Positions 34,786 to 48,043 of a DNA stretch of 64,000 nt are shown here, piece by piece (position 1 is the first letter of the stretch; each line of letters opens with the position of its first letter). A program made the translations under genes and the position numbers. The stretch is from the human T2T-CHM13v2.0 reference genome, Homo sapiens. The stretch lies in assembly GCF_009914755.1 (NCBI RefSeq), contig NC_060937.1; one strand, written 5' to 3'. The notes below the pieces were generated by a model. The model did no database searches and had not been told where the DNA came from. It worked only from the letters and a program-made list of their open reading frames with translations.

Positions 34786-35009
34786 GGTTGCTGTCTTCAA
34801 ACCACAGTTAATGTTTCGATTAATTTATTTTATTTTTATCTGTCAAAAATATTATTGAGTTCCTAATAGCATCTTAGCAATATGATATATTTTATACTTC
34901 TTTTGAGCCCAGTATAAAATGGGGATCTGTTGATGAGGGTCTTGTTAACTAGTGGGAGAAATCGTGTATGAAGACATCATTACCAATCTCTTCTTTGGCA
35001 TTATAGCAG

Positions 35010-35415
35010 AAGCTGCGGAGCCTTCTGAAGGACTGTGGTGCTCACTTCTCCAGCTGCTGGGAGTGATGGTGACTGAGCACCTTCAGTGAAGTCCTTCTCC
35101 CAGAATTGCCCTCAGTGAAAGACTGCCACCTTGCCCAAGGTCATGCTGCCCCCATGAAAGCAGCCTGTATCAATGACTGGTCGGTTAGGGACAGGGCATA
35201 GAGGCCCCAGGCCCTTGCCTTAAGGCAGGGTAACTCAGAGGGGTCGTTCCAGCTCTGAGCACATGGGGAATCACTTGATCAGCTCAACTCCTTCCTCTGC
35301 CCAACCCTAAATCCTTCACTCCCCTATAGGTATTTACTCCAAGGGCACTCCCCATTGTGTTTCTTGCAAGCAAATCTCTGTCAGAGTCTGGTTTCTGGGA
35401 GAGACCCAGCCACAG
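35010..35415 (+). mobile_element. Old ERVL LTR (LTR33/LTR16-like)
   Basis: Ends GCAAATCTCTGTCAGAGTCTGGTTTCTGGGAG..ACCCA, typical of this group. Confidence 0.55.
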
Positions 35416-35646
35416 TGGCCTTAAATACTTATATAATAGAATTTGGAGGCCCTGGTTTTGTCTTGCTCTGGCCACCATGTTAAGTTACCTCTCTCAGCTT
35501 CATTTAGAACTAAAGGTTGGACTAGATCCCCAAAGTAACTTACATCTCTGAAAGTCTATGATGTTTCACAACAAGCACTCGATCTTGATTGCTCTTCTAA
35601 AAATCATAACTATTATCAATGGAAAAGAATGTGTAATCAAAATTCA

Positions 35647-35892
<246 letters not shown>

Positions 35893-36424
35893 CTACTGTA
35901 AGTCATCATATTCTGAGTTTAATTCCACAGCTTTCAGCTCCTTTCTTTTCTCTGAAAGGTTCGTAGGTGCAGAGGTAAAACCACTCAATATCTCATTTCC
36001 ATTTGGAATATGGCGAATGGTCTCATAGATGGTTGGTTAAATTCATCTGGAATCAGATATTTCAGAATCAAATAATACTGTATCAGTATTCTTAAGTGGT
36101 GAATTTTAAAAGAAAGAAGGGACTCTTTTATAACAATTTAACAAAGATAATATGAAAAAATTGTGACCAGTTAGGAAATGAAATACACATACATGAGCTA
36201 CGATATCACTATTTATGATACATGACTCCACTACTTAAGGCTTCACATCCTTTGTGTCTTGTTTTATCCTCTGGCTTTTTCTGATGTAGATGTGTTAAAG
36301 CCATCGCAGTGCTTGCATCAACCCTCTCCTTCTTGGTAGGTAGCTTGAGAGAACTTAAACTTCCTCTGAAAGAGGCACATTGTCAGCTACCACCATCAGC
36401 ACCAGGTCTTTCTTGCTAGGATAA

Positions 36425-36928
<504 letters not shown>

Positions 36929-38344
36929 CTTCTGGTTAATTCTCACCATTTTTCACATCCTTAAAACTCTCAACTTTGACATGATATCCCCACAGAAAAG
37001 CTTTCTGAAGCCCCAGCATCGGTTAGGAGGCTTCCACAGTCTCACACAGACTCCTGTCATGTTCTTAGCAGACAGTCATTTGTCTGTCTCCTTGCTCTGA
37101 CTAGGCTAAGCAACTTAAGGCCAGGATGGCAGACCTCAGCTTTGTAGCCTTAGTACCTAGCACTTAGGTGTCTGCTATATAATATGTGCTAAATATGGGG
37201 TAATTAAATTAATGATGATGAAAAAACCTGGTAATCTTTACAAGCCAAGAGGACTCTTTTCGAACAGCCATGCCATTGCTCTAACAAACAAAGATATGTA
37301 CTGTACTGAAATCGTCATTTAAAAATGGCATAATAAGCCAAATTTTATTAAATCCCTTTTTCCCTCTTCCTGGGTACTAAATTGTTGTGGAAGTTACATA
37401 AAAGAACATAACTAAGTTAAATGGTGAGAAGTTAAAATAAAATGTCATGTTATCTCAATGAGGTAACCATGGAGCTAGTAACACTAGTCCAAAAAGCCTA
37501 ACAGACAACAGCCAGGCTGGAGTCATTTTTACACAGCAGCACTGATTTTACTCCTTTATAGAACTGTGGGGGAGAAAGATTAATTCCTCCACATTAGAAG
37601 TATTTTACAGAATACCTTTTAAAACGATAAAGACATTGTCTCTAGTTGTTATGGAGAAACAATAGACGTTAATCAAAGTTAAGTGAGTGGTTTTGGTTAA
37701 TGCTGGGGGATTTACTGCTATGATAATCCAGGCTATGGTTTAGGGTTACCTGAGAGTCAGGTGTGTGGGCTTTCTTAGTATCACGTTACCATATCAACCT
37801 TCAGTATGCAGGGAAGGAAGACTTTAGTAAGAATGTGTAAAAATGGTCTCTCCCCAGGAAAAGGGTTTCAGCTTTTCTTTCTGCTTTACCTCCCACTCTG
37901 ATGATCTTTGGTATACTCGCCACCCACGGGTGTCTGCAGCTCCCTCTCCCATCACACATACCGCCTCATCTCCACCCAGCCAGGGGCCTCGTGCTTTCTC
38001 CCGGGCCTGTTAGACCTGGAGCCAGTGAGGCCATAACCATGAGGGTAAAAATGGCCCAGAAAGTTGAACTTGTGATCATAGGCAGGGCTATCCGTATTTT
38101 AATAGATAAAATCTTAATCCAAGAAAACAAATCCCTGATTTTCAAAGTTGCAGGCATCAACAAGCAAGCAGTGGAAGGGGTTTTGGGGCCTTGCCCATGG
38201 CAGCTGTCTGCCCCACCTACTTAGACGGCTGATGTGCCTTAGATTTTGGGTTCTTTTTTTTTTTTTTTCCATTTTTAAAAAATGTCTCTTCCTTCCTCCG
38301 TAAAAATTTGCCTAGGGTTGTGGCCCCTTAAAAAATTACAATCA

Positions 38345-38645
38345 GCTGGTTGCGGTGGCTCACGCCTGTAATCTGGGAGGCTGAAGCCGGTGGATCATGA
38401 GGTCAGGAGTTCAAGACCGGCTTGGCCAAGATGGTGAAACCCCATCTCTACTAAAAATACAAAAATTAGCCAGGCGTGGGGGTGGACACCTGTAATCCCA
38501 GCTACTCAGGAGGCTGAGGCAGAGAATTGCTCGAAGCCGTGAGGCAGAGTTTGCAGTGAGCCGAGATCATGCCACTGCACTCCAGCCTGGGCGACACAGC
38601 AAGATTCTGTCTCAAAAACAAAAAAAAAAAAAAGAAAAAAAAAAA
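38345..38645 (+). mobile_element. AluSg-like element
   Basis: GGATCATGAGGTCAGGAGTTC..GGCCAAGATGG. TSD AAAA(T/C)TAC(A/G)ATCA. Confidence 0.92.
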
Positions 38646-39421
38646 CTACGATCACGTGTACTGCTTTGAGGAAAATCCACGATTATGAAAACCTCAGGGT
38701 AATGTTTCATCCCAACATTTCATATTATCTGGAATTATCAAAACTTAATATGGTTACAACCTCCCGCTCCCCAAATCTGATCAGAGAGAAAAAAGTTTTG
38801 AAGTTAACAGTCTTTCCCCAGCTAATATCATTCTGGAAAAAAAAGTCAGCATTCAATCAAGTTTAGACAAGATTTTTTTGGTTGTTGTTTAAGATTGCTG
38901 CGATGGTTTCATATTAGACTCCCTTGCCCCTTTCCAAATTGTTTACAATCACCCCTCCTTCCCCAGGGGTTTTAGAATGAATCATCAACTTTCCTTTTTC
39001 AACTACACTATTAAATTAGGATACAGCCTGGAACCTAACATTTGTTCTTACAAACATTTCTTTCATGTCATCAGCTGTAATAGAAACCAGAAATTCAGTA
39101 GACAGGCCTCATCTCCAACAGTGCAGAAGCAGGACATCCAGGCCCGCACATCTGCCATTGTACACCATTTAAATACACTTAAGAATCATTGTTAAGGGTT
39201 GGAGAATTAGTGCTAATATAGAAAAGGCTAAATTAAATGTATATGAAAATTCATAATTTATCTTAATTCAGAAGCAATATATGTCATTTATATTGAGTAA
39301 AAAGTTCAAAACAACTTCCTCCTCTGAATCTCAATTTTATGTCCAGTGCCTTTAAAAGACAACCACGTTAAACAGTGATTTTCAAAATCCAGCTTCAAGA
39401 AATTAAAGATGCTTTAAATCC

Positions 39422-39681
39422 TTTTTCTTTTTTTTTGAGGAAGTTTCGCTCTTGCCACCCAGGCTGGAGTGCGGTGGCACAGTCTTGGCTCACTGCACTG
39501 AACCTCTGCCTCTCAGGTTCAAATGATTCTCCTGCCTCAGCCTCCCAAGTAGCTGGGAATACAGGCACCCACCACCACGCCCAGCTAATTTTTTTGTATT
39601 TTTAGTAGAGATGCGGTTTCATCATATTGGCTAGACTGGTCTCGAACTCGTGACCTCAGGTGATCTGCTCGCCTTGGCATC
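39422..39681 (-). mobile_element. 5'-truncated AluS
   Basis: Reverse Alu ending at GTGATCTGCTCGCCTTGGC. Confidence 0.9.
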
Positions 39682-39794
39682 TGTAAAAATCCATGGTTAT
39701 AATAACAGCTGCCATTTAGTGGCATATTATTATGAAAACCAAACCTTTACCAAAAGATATAACTGAGAGGTAAAAGCACCTAGCATCATTCCTG

Positions 39795-40430
39795 AATTCA
39801 TCCATTCCACAAATAATGCTCTCACTCTGCCACTATGCTAGGGACTAGGGAGGTAGCAGTGGACACTATGTACCAAAATCCCTGTCATATGGAGCTTTTA
39901 TTACAGGGAGGGTGAGGTGAGAGAGATTATAAACAAAATATGTCAATAAATATACAGTAAGTTAGATGGTGAAATGCTATAGAGAAAATAGAGGTGGGAA
40001 GAAAACTACTGAGTGATGGGGGTGGGGAGGAAGTTACAACTTTAAGTAGGATGGTCAGGGAAGGTGGTATTTGAGTAAGCCATGCAGGAGATGTGACTTT
40101 GAAGGAGAGGAGGATTCCAGGCAGAGGAGACCATAAGTACCAAGGTCCTAAGGCAGGAATGCCTGGCAAGTTAAATGACAGCAGAGTCCAGTGTGCAGAA
40201 TGAGTAAGGGCGAGGGAATTAAGAGATAAAGTCATAGAAGGTGCCGAGGAGGGGGGTGAGCAGGTTATATAAGCTTTGTAGAGCATTATCAAGACATTGG
40301 TTTTTACTTTGAATGCGGTGGGAAGATTCTGAACAGAGAAGTGACATGATCAAACTTAATCCTCTAGAAGATTATTTTGGCTACTGTGTTGCAAATAGAT
40401 TTCAGAAAGGCAAGAATGGAAGCAGGTAGA
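39795..40430 (-). mobile_element. L2 fragment
   Basis: ATTCATCCATTC..GGTCAGGGAAGG..ATTCCAGGCAGAGG..CAAGGTCCTAAGGCAGGAA. Confidence 0.7.
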
Positions 40431-40769
40431 TACTAGGTGCTCTGGAAACACTTGCTTATTGTAAATTGTATTTTTACATTAAGTTCTCTCTCCTTTTTTT
40501 TTTTTTTAACTTACTCTACCTTTAAACAAATTTATTTATTTTCTTATTCTCCATGTATTTAGGGTGCAATATATTCACATTTGGAAGCAATACAATTGCA
40601 TTTCTTTAAAACACGGAATAAGTTTCAGACTTTTCACCATCAGGTCAAACTGGTCTCTCATTTGACATTTCATTTTCTTTTCCCTAATTTGGGCAAAAGG
40701 TTAAAAATAGTTTATTCTTCCTGAGCAGAGACAACTGCAAATCAACAGAAGTACATAGCAGTAGCCATA

Positions 40770-41010
40770 ACACTAATGGCCAATAACTTTTGAGTGTTCT
40801 ACATACACTAGGCACAGTTCTAGGTGTTCAGCAATGACTTAGCTCCTTTAATCTTCACAGTGACTTGCTGAGGTTGGTACTATTTATCATTCCCATTTTC
40901 ACTGACAAGGAAGAGAAAAGTTAAAGAACTACTTGAGATTACCCAGCTGGCACATGGCCAGGCGAAGATTGGAACAAAGCCTGCGGAGCTCAGAACCTGT
41001 GCAGTTGACT
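40770..41010 (-). mobile_element. MIR
   Basis: CTAGGCACAGTTCTA..TTTAATCTTCACA..TATCATTCCCATTTT.AC.TGA core. Confidence 0.65.
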
Positions 41011-42157
41011 GTCACATTATATCACTCTTACCTCCCAGCGATCTACAGTAAAGCCCCCACCAAGGGACTGAGGAGAGAGGGAAGGCTTCAGGAAACTTGG
41101 ACTAGAGAGTACGCTGTAAAGTGAGTCTGGTCCACATGATATTATCGTGGTCCGTATATGGAGGAATGATATGTTAACACAAGGGACTGGAATGAAAAGA
41201 TAAAAAGAGTCAAGACCACAGGATAACATATATCTGGGTTTTCCCAGCATTGCCCATGGAATAGAGAGCTGTATTTATTGACCAGGAGTACCCTGATCAC
41301 GCAGAGTAAGAATACTCTATTGCAGAATGGGACAGCACATCAGGTTTTTCTGCAGAGTGAATAAAACACCCCTCTAATCCCCCTGTGCTGGTTAATGAAC
41401 AAATGGCATTTCTGTTTATAAATCAGCCTTTTGTGAGTTTGGTTTGCTTGAATCAGCACCTCCCCCTTCCCTACAACCCCCTCTCCCCCTCAATCACCTA
41501 CTATTCCTCTCCCATCTGCCTCCACTGCCCAGAGCTTCATCAGTCCCTCCACTTCCCCCGACCCCTGGGCTGAACTATAGTGACTACGAAAGCTGCCGGC
41601 TTGCACCAGCCAGCTAGCTTGCCAGCTTTACTCACCACCATTCTGAGTGGCTGTTCTGAGTTGTTTACAGCATAATACAAATTTATCTGGGGAACGGCTT
41701 TTAAGTTATTTTTGTGCCATGGTTTTGATTTATTTAAGCTTCTCCCAACTAATTGAAGAAGCTTAGTACATTTTGGTACAGAAATTTGATTTGTCATTTT
41801 GCGCTCTTGATCTGTTGCCTCCCAGGAATGTGTGGTTCCTATCTTATTTGCCATCTGACGCAGGGGAAAGCTTAGGTGGTGGACATTTATATTTTGTGCA
41901 GTTAATGTGGCATGGATTCTAGATTTATCTTTTGCTGTAACTTGGTGAGAAAATGCATTTGGAGTTTAAATAAACTGGTAACTGACAATATTGGAAAAGT
42001 ACCAGAGTTTTTTCATCTGCTTCTCTCTCTGTTTTTGAACAGACTCCCAGACTCCTTCTCAGGTCTTAGCCTTCCATTTGATTCCTTAAAATTACTTAGC
42101 ACACTGTTTTGTTCACATAGATAAATTTTTGCATATATTTCGTATATCTGTCTCCCC

Positions 42158-42183
42158 GTGTGTGTGTGTGTGTGTGTGTGTGT
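42158..42183. repeat. (GT)13 microsatellite
   Basis: Read directly. Confidence 0.95.
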
Positions 42184-42507
42184 ATTATATAGGTATATAC
42201 TTTTAAAATTTGTTTGTTTTTAAAACTCTGCTCTAACAGAATACAGCAGTTGCTTACAGGGAGAAGAACGTGGTGGCCAGGGAGAAGGGTGGAAGGAGAT
42301 TTTATTTCATTGTTTATACTATTAATATTTTAACTTTTTCAAATTTGCATGATATTTGTGAACTAGTTATTCAAGTTCACTAGTTGATTTACTTTCAAAA
42401 TAAAACTACTTCAGATTGAAAGAAATTAATTTTCTCCTTATGCAGGGTCAAAAGCACCATAACATTTATGAATAAGAACTTATTTTTAAAAAAAAATAGA
42501 ATAATAG

Positions 42508-42770
42508 GCTGAGCACAGTGGCTTATTCTGGAATCCTAACACTTTGGGAGGCTGAGGCAGGAGGATCACTTCAGCCCAGGAGTTCAAGACCAGCCTGGTC
42601 AACATAACAAGAATTCATCTTCAAACAAAAAAAAATTTTAATTAGCTGGGAGGCTGAGGTGGGAGGATCACTTGAACCCAGACATTTGAGGCTGCAGTAA
42701 GTTATGATTACGCCTCTGCACTCCAGCTTGGGGGACAGAGTAAGATTTTATCTCAAAAGAATAAATAAAA
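42508..42770 (+). mobile_element. AluJ-like element with an internal deletion
   Basis: GGAGGATCACTT..CCCAGGAGTTCAAG, and TTAGCTGGG joined directly to AGGCTGAGG. Confidence 0.88.
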
Positions 42771-42774
42771 GAAT

Positions 42775-44155
42775 GAACTGAACATGAAATGTGGTAGGCC
42801 TGTGCAAAGAATCTACAAATCCTGACCAAGAGTCATAAAGACATAAATAAATGGAAGGATAAACTCTGTTTCTGGATATTTTAATATTATAAAAAGTAAG
42901 TTCTTCCTAAATTCAAATATAAATTAAATGGTATCTCAGTGAAAATCCCCCCAAAAATCTGGGAGATGGAGGAAACGGGGAAATGTGCCAAAATTTATAT
43001 TTAAAAAATATGGAAGGATAAATATGTAAGAATAATGGATATTTTGACAAAGAAGAGTACAGTTAAACATAAAATATAATTTTAAAAAATATAAAGAAGA
43101 GATAAGTCATATCAGATATCAAAATGCATTAAAATTACTTTAATTAAAAGTATTGTACAGGTATAGAACTCACAGACAAAACAAGCATTAGAATAAAAAG
43201 TCCAGAACTGGTTTTAATATATTGAAGAATTTTTATATATTAAAGACACCATTTCACTTGAGGAGAGAAAGGAATGGATTATTTTGTAAATGTTGGAATT
43301 GACAAATAATGGGAAAAAATAAAATTAGAGTCCCATCTTGGAGCTATAATCAAAAGTTTAGTAGGTTAAATATTTAAATATAAATTTTTTAAAATGAATC
43401 CATAAATTACTGAGAGAAAGTATAATTTCCTCTTAGATCATTCATCTTAGATCTTGGGTACAGAATGTCTTTTTTTAAGCAATGCAACATAGGTAGAATT
43501 ATAAATAAAAAATGTTATACATTTGACTAATTTAAAACTCTTTGTGCCATGAAAATCAAATTTAAAATTAAGAAAAATTGGAGAAAAACTCATTAGATCA
43601 TATGTAATTTTACATATATGATAAATATGTAGACAGAGCTCTTAAAACTCAATAAAAGAAATATTAGAATTCAATATTTTATGTTCAGAGGACATGAATA
43701 GGCAGTTCACAAAAAAAGCAATATGCATAGCCAATAAGCATTTTATTAAAAAATTCAGGCTTATTAGAAATCAAAGAAATGCACCCAAAACCAAGATCTT
43801 GCTTTTCATCTATTTCATTAGCCAAGATGAAAAATAATTATATATTCAGTGTGACAAGGGTGTGGGGAAAGGGTATTCTCAACTACTGCTGGTGGGAATA
43901 TAAATGAAAACAATTTAGCAATGAGTGTTTTTAAAAATCTTAAATATGTACATACTCTTGGATCTAGAAATCCCATGTCTAAGAATTTGTTCTATGGAAA
44001 TAACCAGCTAAGTGTACACAGATTTATTCACAGGGATGTCCACTGACACACTGTTTATATAAATAAAAAAAGTTAACATTTAAACATACAATATGTTTAA
44101 AAGCAAGTTATTGACAAAATAAGTTATGATGTATCCATATTATAAAATATCATGC
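42775..44155 (+). mobile_element. Old, AT-rich L1M (ORF2 3' part)
   Basis: GGACATGAATAGGCAGTTCACAAAA, AAATCAAAGAAATGCA, CTGCTGGTGGGAATATAAAT. Confidence 0.75.
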
Positions 44156-44245
44156 TTTTTTTTTTTTTTTTTTTTGAGACAGTGTCTTGCTCTGTCACCC
44201 AGGCTGGAGTGCAGTGGTGCAAACATGGCTCACTGCGGTCTCCAC
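44156..44245 (-). mobile_element. Short Alu 3' fragment in the left arm of the inverted duplication
   Basis: T-tail, then GAGACAGTGTCTTGCTCTGTCACCCAGGCTGGAGTGCAGTGG. Confidence 0.9.
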
Positions 44246-44248
44246 TTT

Positions 44249-45878
44249 TTTCTTTTTTTTTTCTTTTCTTTTTAATTTTTTAATATACTTTAAGTTCTGG
44301 GGTACATGTGCAGGTTTGTTACGTAGGTATATATGTGCCATGGTAGTTTGCTGCACCCATCAACCCGTCATCTACATTAGGTATTTCTCCTAATGCTATC
44401 TGTCCCCCAACTCCCCACCACCTGACAGGCCCCAGTGTGTGATGTTCCCCACCCTGTGTCCATGTGTTCTCATTGTTCAACTCCCACTTATAAGTGAGAA
44501 CATGCAGTGTGTGGTTTTCTGTTCTTGTATTAGTTTGCTGAGAATGATGATTTCCATCTTCATCCACGTCCCTGCAAAGGACATAAACTCATCCTTTTTT
44601 ATGGCTGCATAGTATTCCGTGATGTATATGTGCCACAATTTCTTTATCCAGTCTATCATTAATGGGCATTTGGGTTGGTTCCAAGTCTTTGCTATTGTAA
44701 ACAGTGCCACAATAAACATACGTGTGCATGTGTCTTTATAGTAGAATGATTTATAATCATTTGGATATATACCCAGTAATGGGATTGCTGGGTCAAATGG
44801 TATTTCTGGTTCTAGATCCTGAGGAATCACCACACTGTCTTCCACAATGGTTGAACTAATTTACACTCCCACCAACAGTGTAAAAGCATTCCTATTTCTC
44901 CACATCCACTCCAGCATCTGTTGTTTCCTGACTTTTTAATGATTGCCATTCTAACTGGTATGAGATGGTATCTCATTGTGGTTTTGATTTGCATTTCTCT
45001 GAAGACCAGTGAAGATGACCATTTTTTTATATGTCTGTTGGCTGCATAAATGTCTTCTTTTGAGAAGTTTCTGTTCATATCCTTTGCCCACTTTTTGATG
45101 GAGTTGTTTTTTTCTTGTAAATTTGTTTGAGTTCTTTGTAGGTTCTGATTATTAGCCCTTTGTCAGATGGATAGATTGCAAAATTTTTTTCCCATTCTGT
45201 AGGTTGCCTGTTCACTCTGATGATAGTTTCTTTTGCTGTGCAGAAGCTCTTTAGTTTAATTAGATCCCATTTGTCAATTTTGACTTTTGTTGCCATTGCT
45301 TTTGGTGTTTTAGTCATGAAGTCTTTGTCCATGCCTATGTCCTGAATGGTATTGCCTAGGTTTTCTTCTAGGGTTTTTGTGGAGTTAGATCTCACGTTTA
45401 AGTCTTTAATCCATCTTGTGTTAATTTTTGTATAAGGTGTAAGGAAGGGATCCAGTTTCAGCTTTCTGCATATGGCTAGCCAGTTTTCCCAACATCGTTT
45501 ATTAAATAGAGAATCCTTTCCTCATTGCCTATTTTTGTGAGGTTTTTCAACGATCAGATGGTTGTAAATGTGTGATGTTGTTTCTGAGGCCTCTGTTCTG
45601 TTCCATTGGTCTATATATCAGTTTTGGTACCGGTACCATGATGTTTTGGTTACTGTAGCCTTGTAGTATAGTTTGAAGTCAGGTAGTGTGATGCCTCCAG
45701 CTTTGTTCTTTTTGCTTAGGATTGTCTTGGCTATCTGGGCTCTTTTTTGGTTCCATATGAAATTTAAAGTAGTTTTTCCCAATTCTATGAAGAAAGTCAA
45801 TGGTAGTTTGATGGGGATAGCACTGAATCTATAAATCACTTTGGGCAGTATGGCCATTTTCACAGTATTGATTCTTTG
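44249..45878 (-). mobile_element. 5'-truncated L1PA (L1PA6/7-like), about 1.6 kb
   Basis: ORF2 C-terminal peptides (45075..45395, 44827..45078, 44477..44845), 3'UTR and T-tail. Confidence 0.95.
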
Positions 45879-45908
45879 TGAAAGAAAAATCAATATCCGT
45901 GACACTGC

Positions 45909-46184
45909 AGAGTCTTGCACTATCGCCCAGGCTGGAGTGCAGTGGCATGATCTTGGCTCACTGTAACCTCTGCCTCCTGGGTTCAAGTGATTTTGCTGCC
46001 TTAGCCTCCTGAGTAGCTGTGATTACAGGCGCCTGCCACTACGCCCAGCTAATTTTTTGTATTTTTAGTAGAGATGGGGTTTCACCATGTTGGTCAGGCT
46101 GTTCTCGAACTCCTGACCTCTTGATTTGCCCGCCTTGGCCTCTCAAAGTGCTGGGATTATAAGTGTGAGCCACCATGTCTGGCC
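45909..46184 (-). mobile_element. Tail-less AluS fused 5' of the L1
   Basis: Complete reverse dimer with no poly-T at its 3' end. Confidence 0.92.
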
Positions 46185-46445
46185 AAGTCTCCATCTTTAT
46201 GCATCTATTAAATAATACTTTAATGGTGTGCTTGTGGCATGGGCTATATTTATTATGTATTGGTAAGTTAAATTATAACATGAGAAATATAGTTTAAACA
46301 ATTATAAATTCTATATGCATTATTTTGGCAAAAGTATGAAAGCAAATAAATCACCATAATATGTGGTTTATGAATTATTGATAATTTTTCTTTTTCATTT
46401 ATCTTATTTACATCTTTCTATAATTATGCAGTAAAAATGACTTTC

Positions 46446-46757
46446 GGCAGGGTGCAGAGGTTCATGTCTGTAATCCCAGCACTTTGAGAGGCCACGGCAG
46501 ACAGATCGCTTGAGCTCAGGAGTTCAAGGCCAGCCTGGGCCACATAATGAAACCTTGTGTCTACAAAAATACAAAAAAAAAAAAATTAGCCAGCAGTGGT
46601 GGCACACACCTGTAGTCCCACCTATTCAGGAGGCTGAAGTGGGAGAATCACCTGAACATGGGGAGATAGAGGCTGCAGTGAGCCATGATGTGCCACTGCA
46701 ACTCCAGCCTGAGTGACAGAATGAGAACCTGTCTCAAAAAAAAAAAAAAAAAAAAAA
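46446..46757 (+). mobile_element. AluJ in the spacer of the inverted duplication
   Basis: Full dimer with GAGGCTGCAGTGAGCCATGAT, flanked by ACTTTC on both sides. Confidence 0.92.
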
Positions 46758-47243
46758 CTTTCAGCAGGAACGACAAAATTCAAAGACTGAAAAGGAAATA
46801 ATGGGGAAATAACCTTAAAAAAATAAGAGAATCCTGAAGACAGATCCTCTTTGTAACTGAATCTCTGCATGTAAGTTAGGCTATGTTGGTGCTATGTAAA
46901 AATACTTTGGACTTTGCCAAACACTGAGCTACAGCTACCCAAGCGGCATAAGGGAAAAGTCTGAACATTCTTTGCAAATTCCTACTTCCACAGCACTATT
47001 TAAGAATCGAACTAATTTTTATTACATAATTGTAGAAAGATGTAAATAAGATAAATGAAAATAAATCATAAACCACATATCATGGTGATTTATTTACTTC
47101 TATACTTTTGCCAAAATAATGTTTTTAGAATTTATAAATTTTTAAACTATATTTTTCATTTTATAATTTAACTTACCAATATATAATAAATATAGTCTAT
47201 GTCAATAAGCACACCATTAAAATATTATTTAACAGATGCATGA

Positions 47244-47337
47244 AAGTGGAGACTGCAGTGAGCTGTGTTTACACCACTGCACTCCAGCGTGGGTGATAGA
47301 GCAAGGCCCTGTCTCAGAAAAAAAAAAAAAAAAAAAA
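47244..47337 (+). mobile_element. Short Alu 3' fragment in the right arm
   Basis: GTGGAGACTGCAGTGAGC..CACTCCAGC..poly-A. TSD AGATGC(A/G)TGA. Confidence 0.9.
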
Positions 47338-48043
47338 GATGCGTGATATTTTATAGTATGGACACATCATAACTTATTTCATCAATAACTTGCTATTAAA
47401 CATACTGTTAATGTTTTAATGTTATCTTTTTTTAAGTTGTTGTAAAGAATCTCAAAAAGTGAAGCCTGAATAAGTTTTGATGATGGAAACAAATTAGTAG
47501 AAACGATCTATGATCTAGGAATTGTTATGTGTATAATAAATCAATTCAAAAACAAAGGCCTATATTTTAGATGCAGCCGCAGAATCCATACTGAGGAATT
47601 CTTAAGGAGCTCTGCTGAAGTGGCAAACTCATTTTATTTACTCTTCATTTTTTCCAACTATACCCTGCTTGAAGCTGGGCTCCCTGTTGTTATACATCTT
47701 TAAGAAACAAAAATAAATTCTAGCATAATGGGATCAAAACTTGGTAGTCTCTTATGGTAATGAATTCAGAGATCAGTTATAATGAGCAAAGAGACTACTT
47801 CCTGCGACAGCCAAAATCATATGGTACCAAACAGACCTAAGATATTTCTCTTCCACGAATGTATGTGTGATATATGCGAAGTGCATACAGCAAGCCCTGG
47901 GAGTGTCTGATCATGTATTCTATATTTTGAGCATTATCCACCATGTTTGCTTTTTTTACACTGTGGCTTAACCTACACAAAATGTAGAGAAATCTGTATC
48001 ATTTGATTATTGATTACTTGAATATGCTGTTAATGAGGTCTTC

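Larger units (their letters stand above)
44064..47434. repeat. Inverted duplication: left arm 44064-44248 plus 46187-46440, right arm ~47012-47434
   Basis: The reverse complement of 47012-47434 aligns colinearly with both left-arm pieces, including the same truncated Alu. Confidence 0.92.

Noticed and set aside
37901-38224. 107-aa and 65-aa ORFs as a possible coding exon or pseudogene
   Set aside because: No family I can recognise, and no poly-A or TSD to mark a retrocopy.
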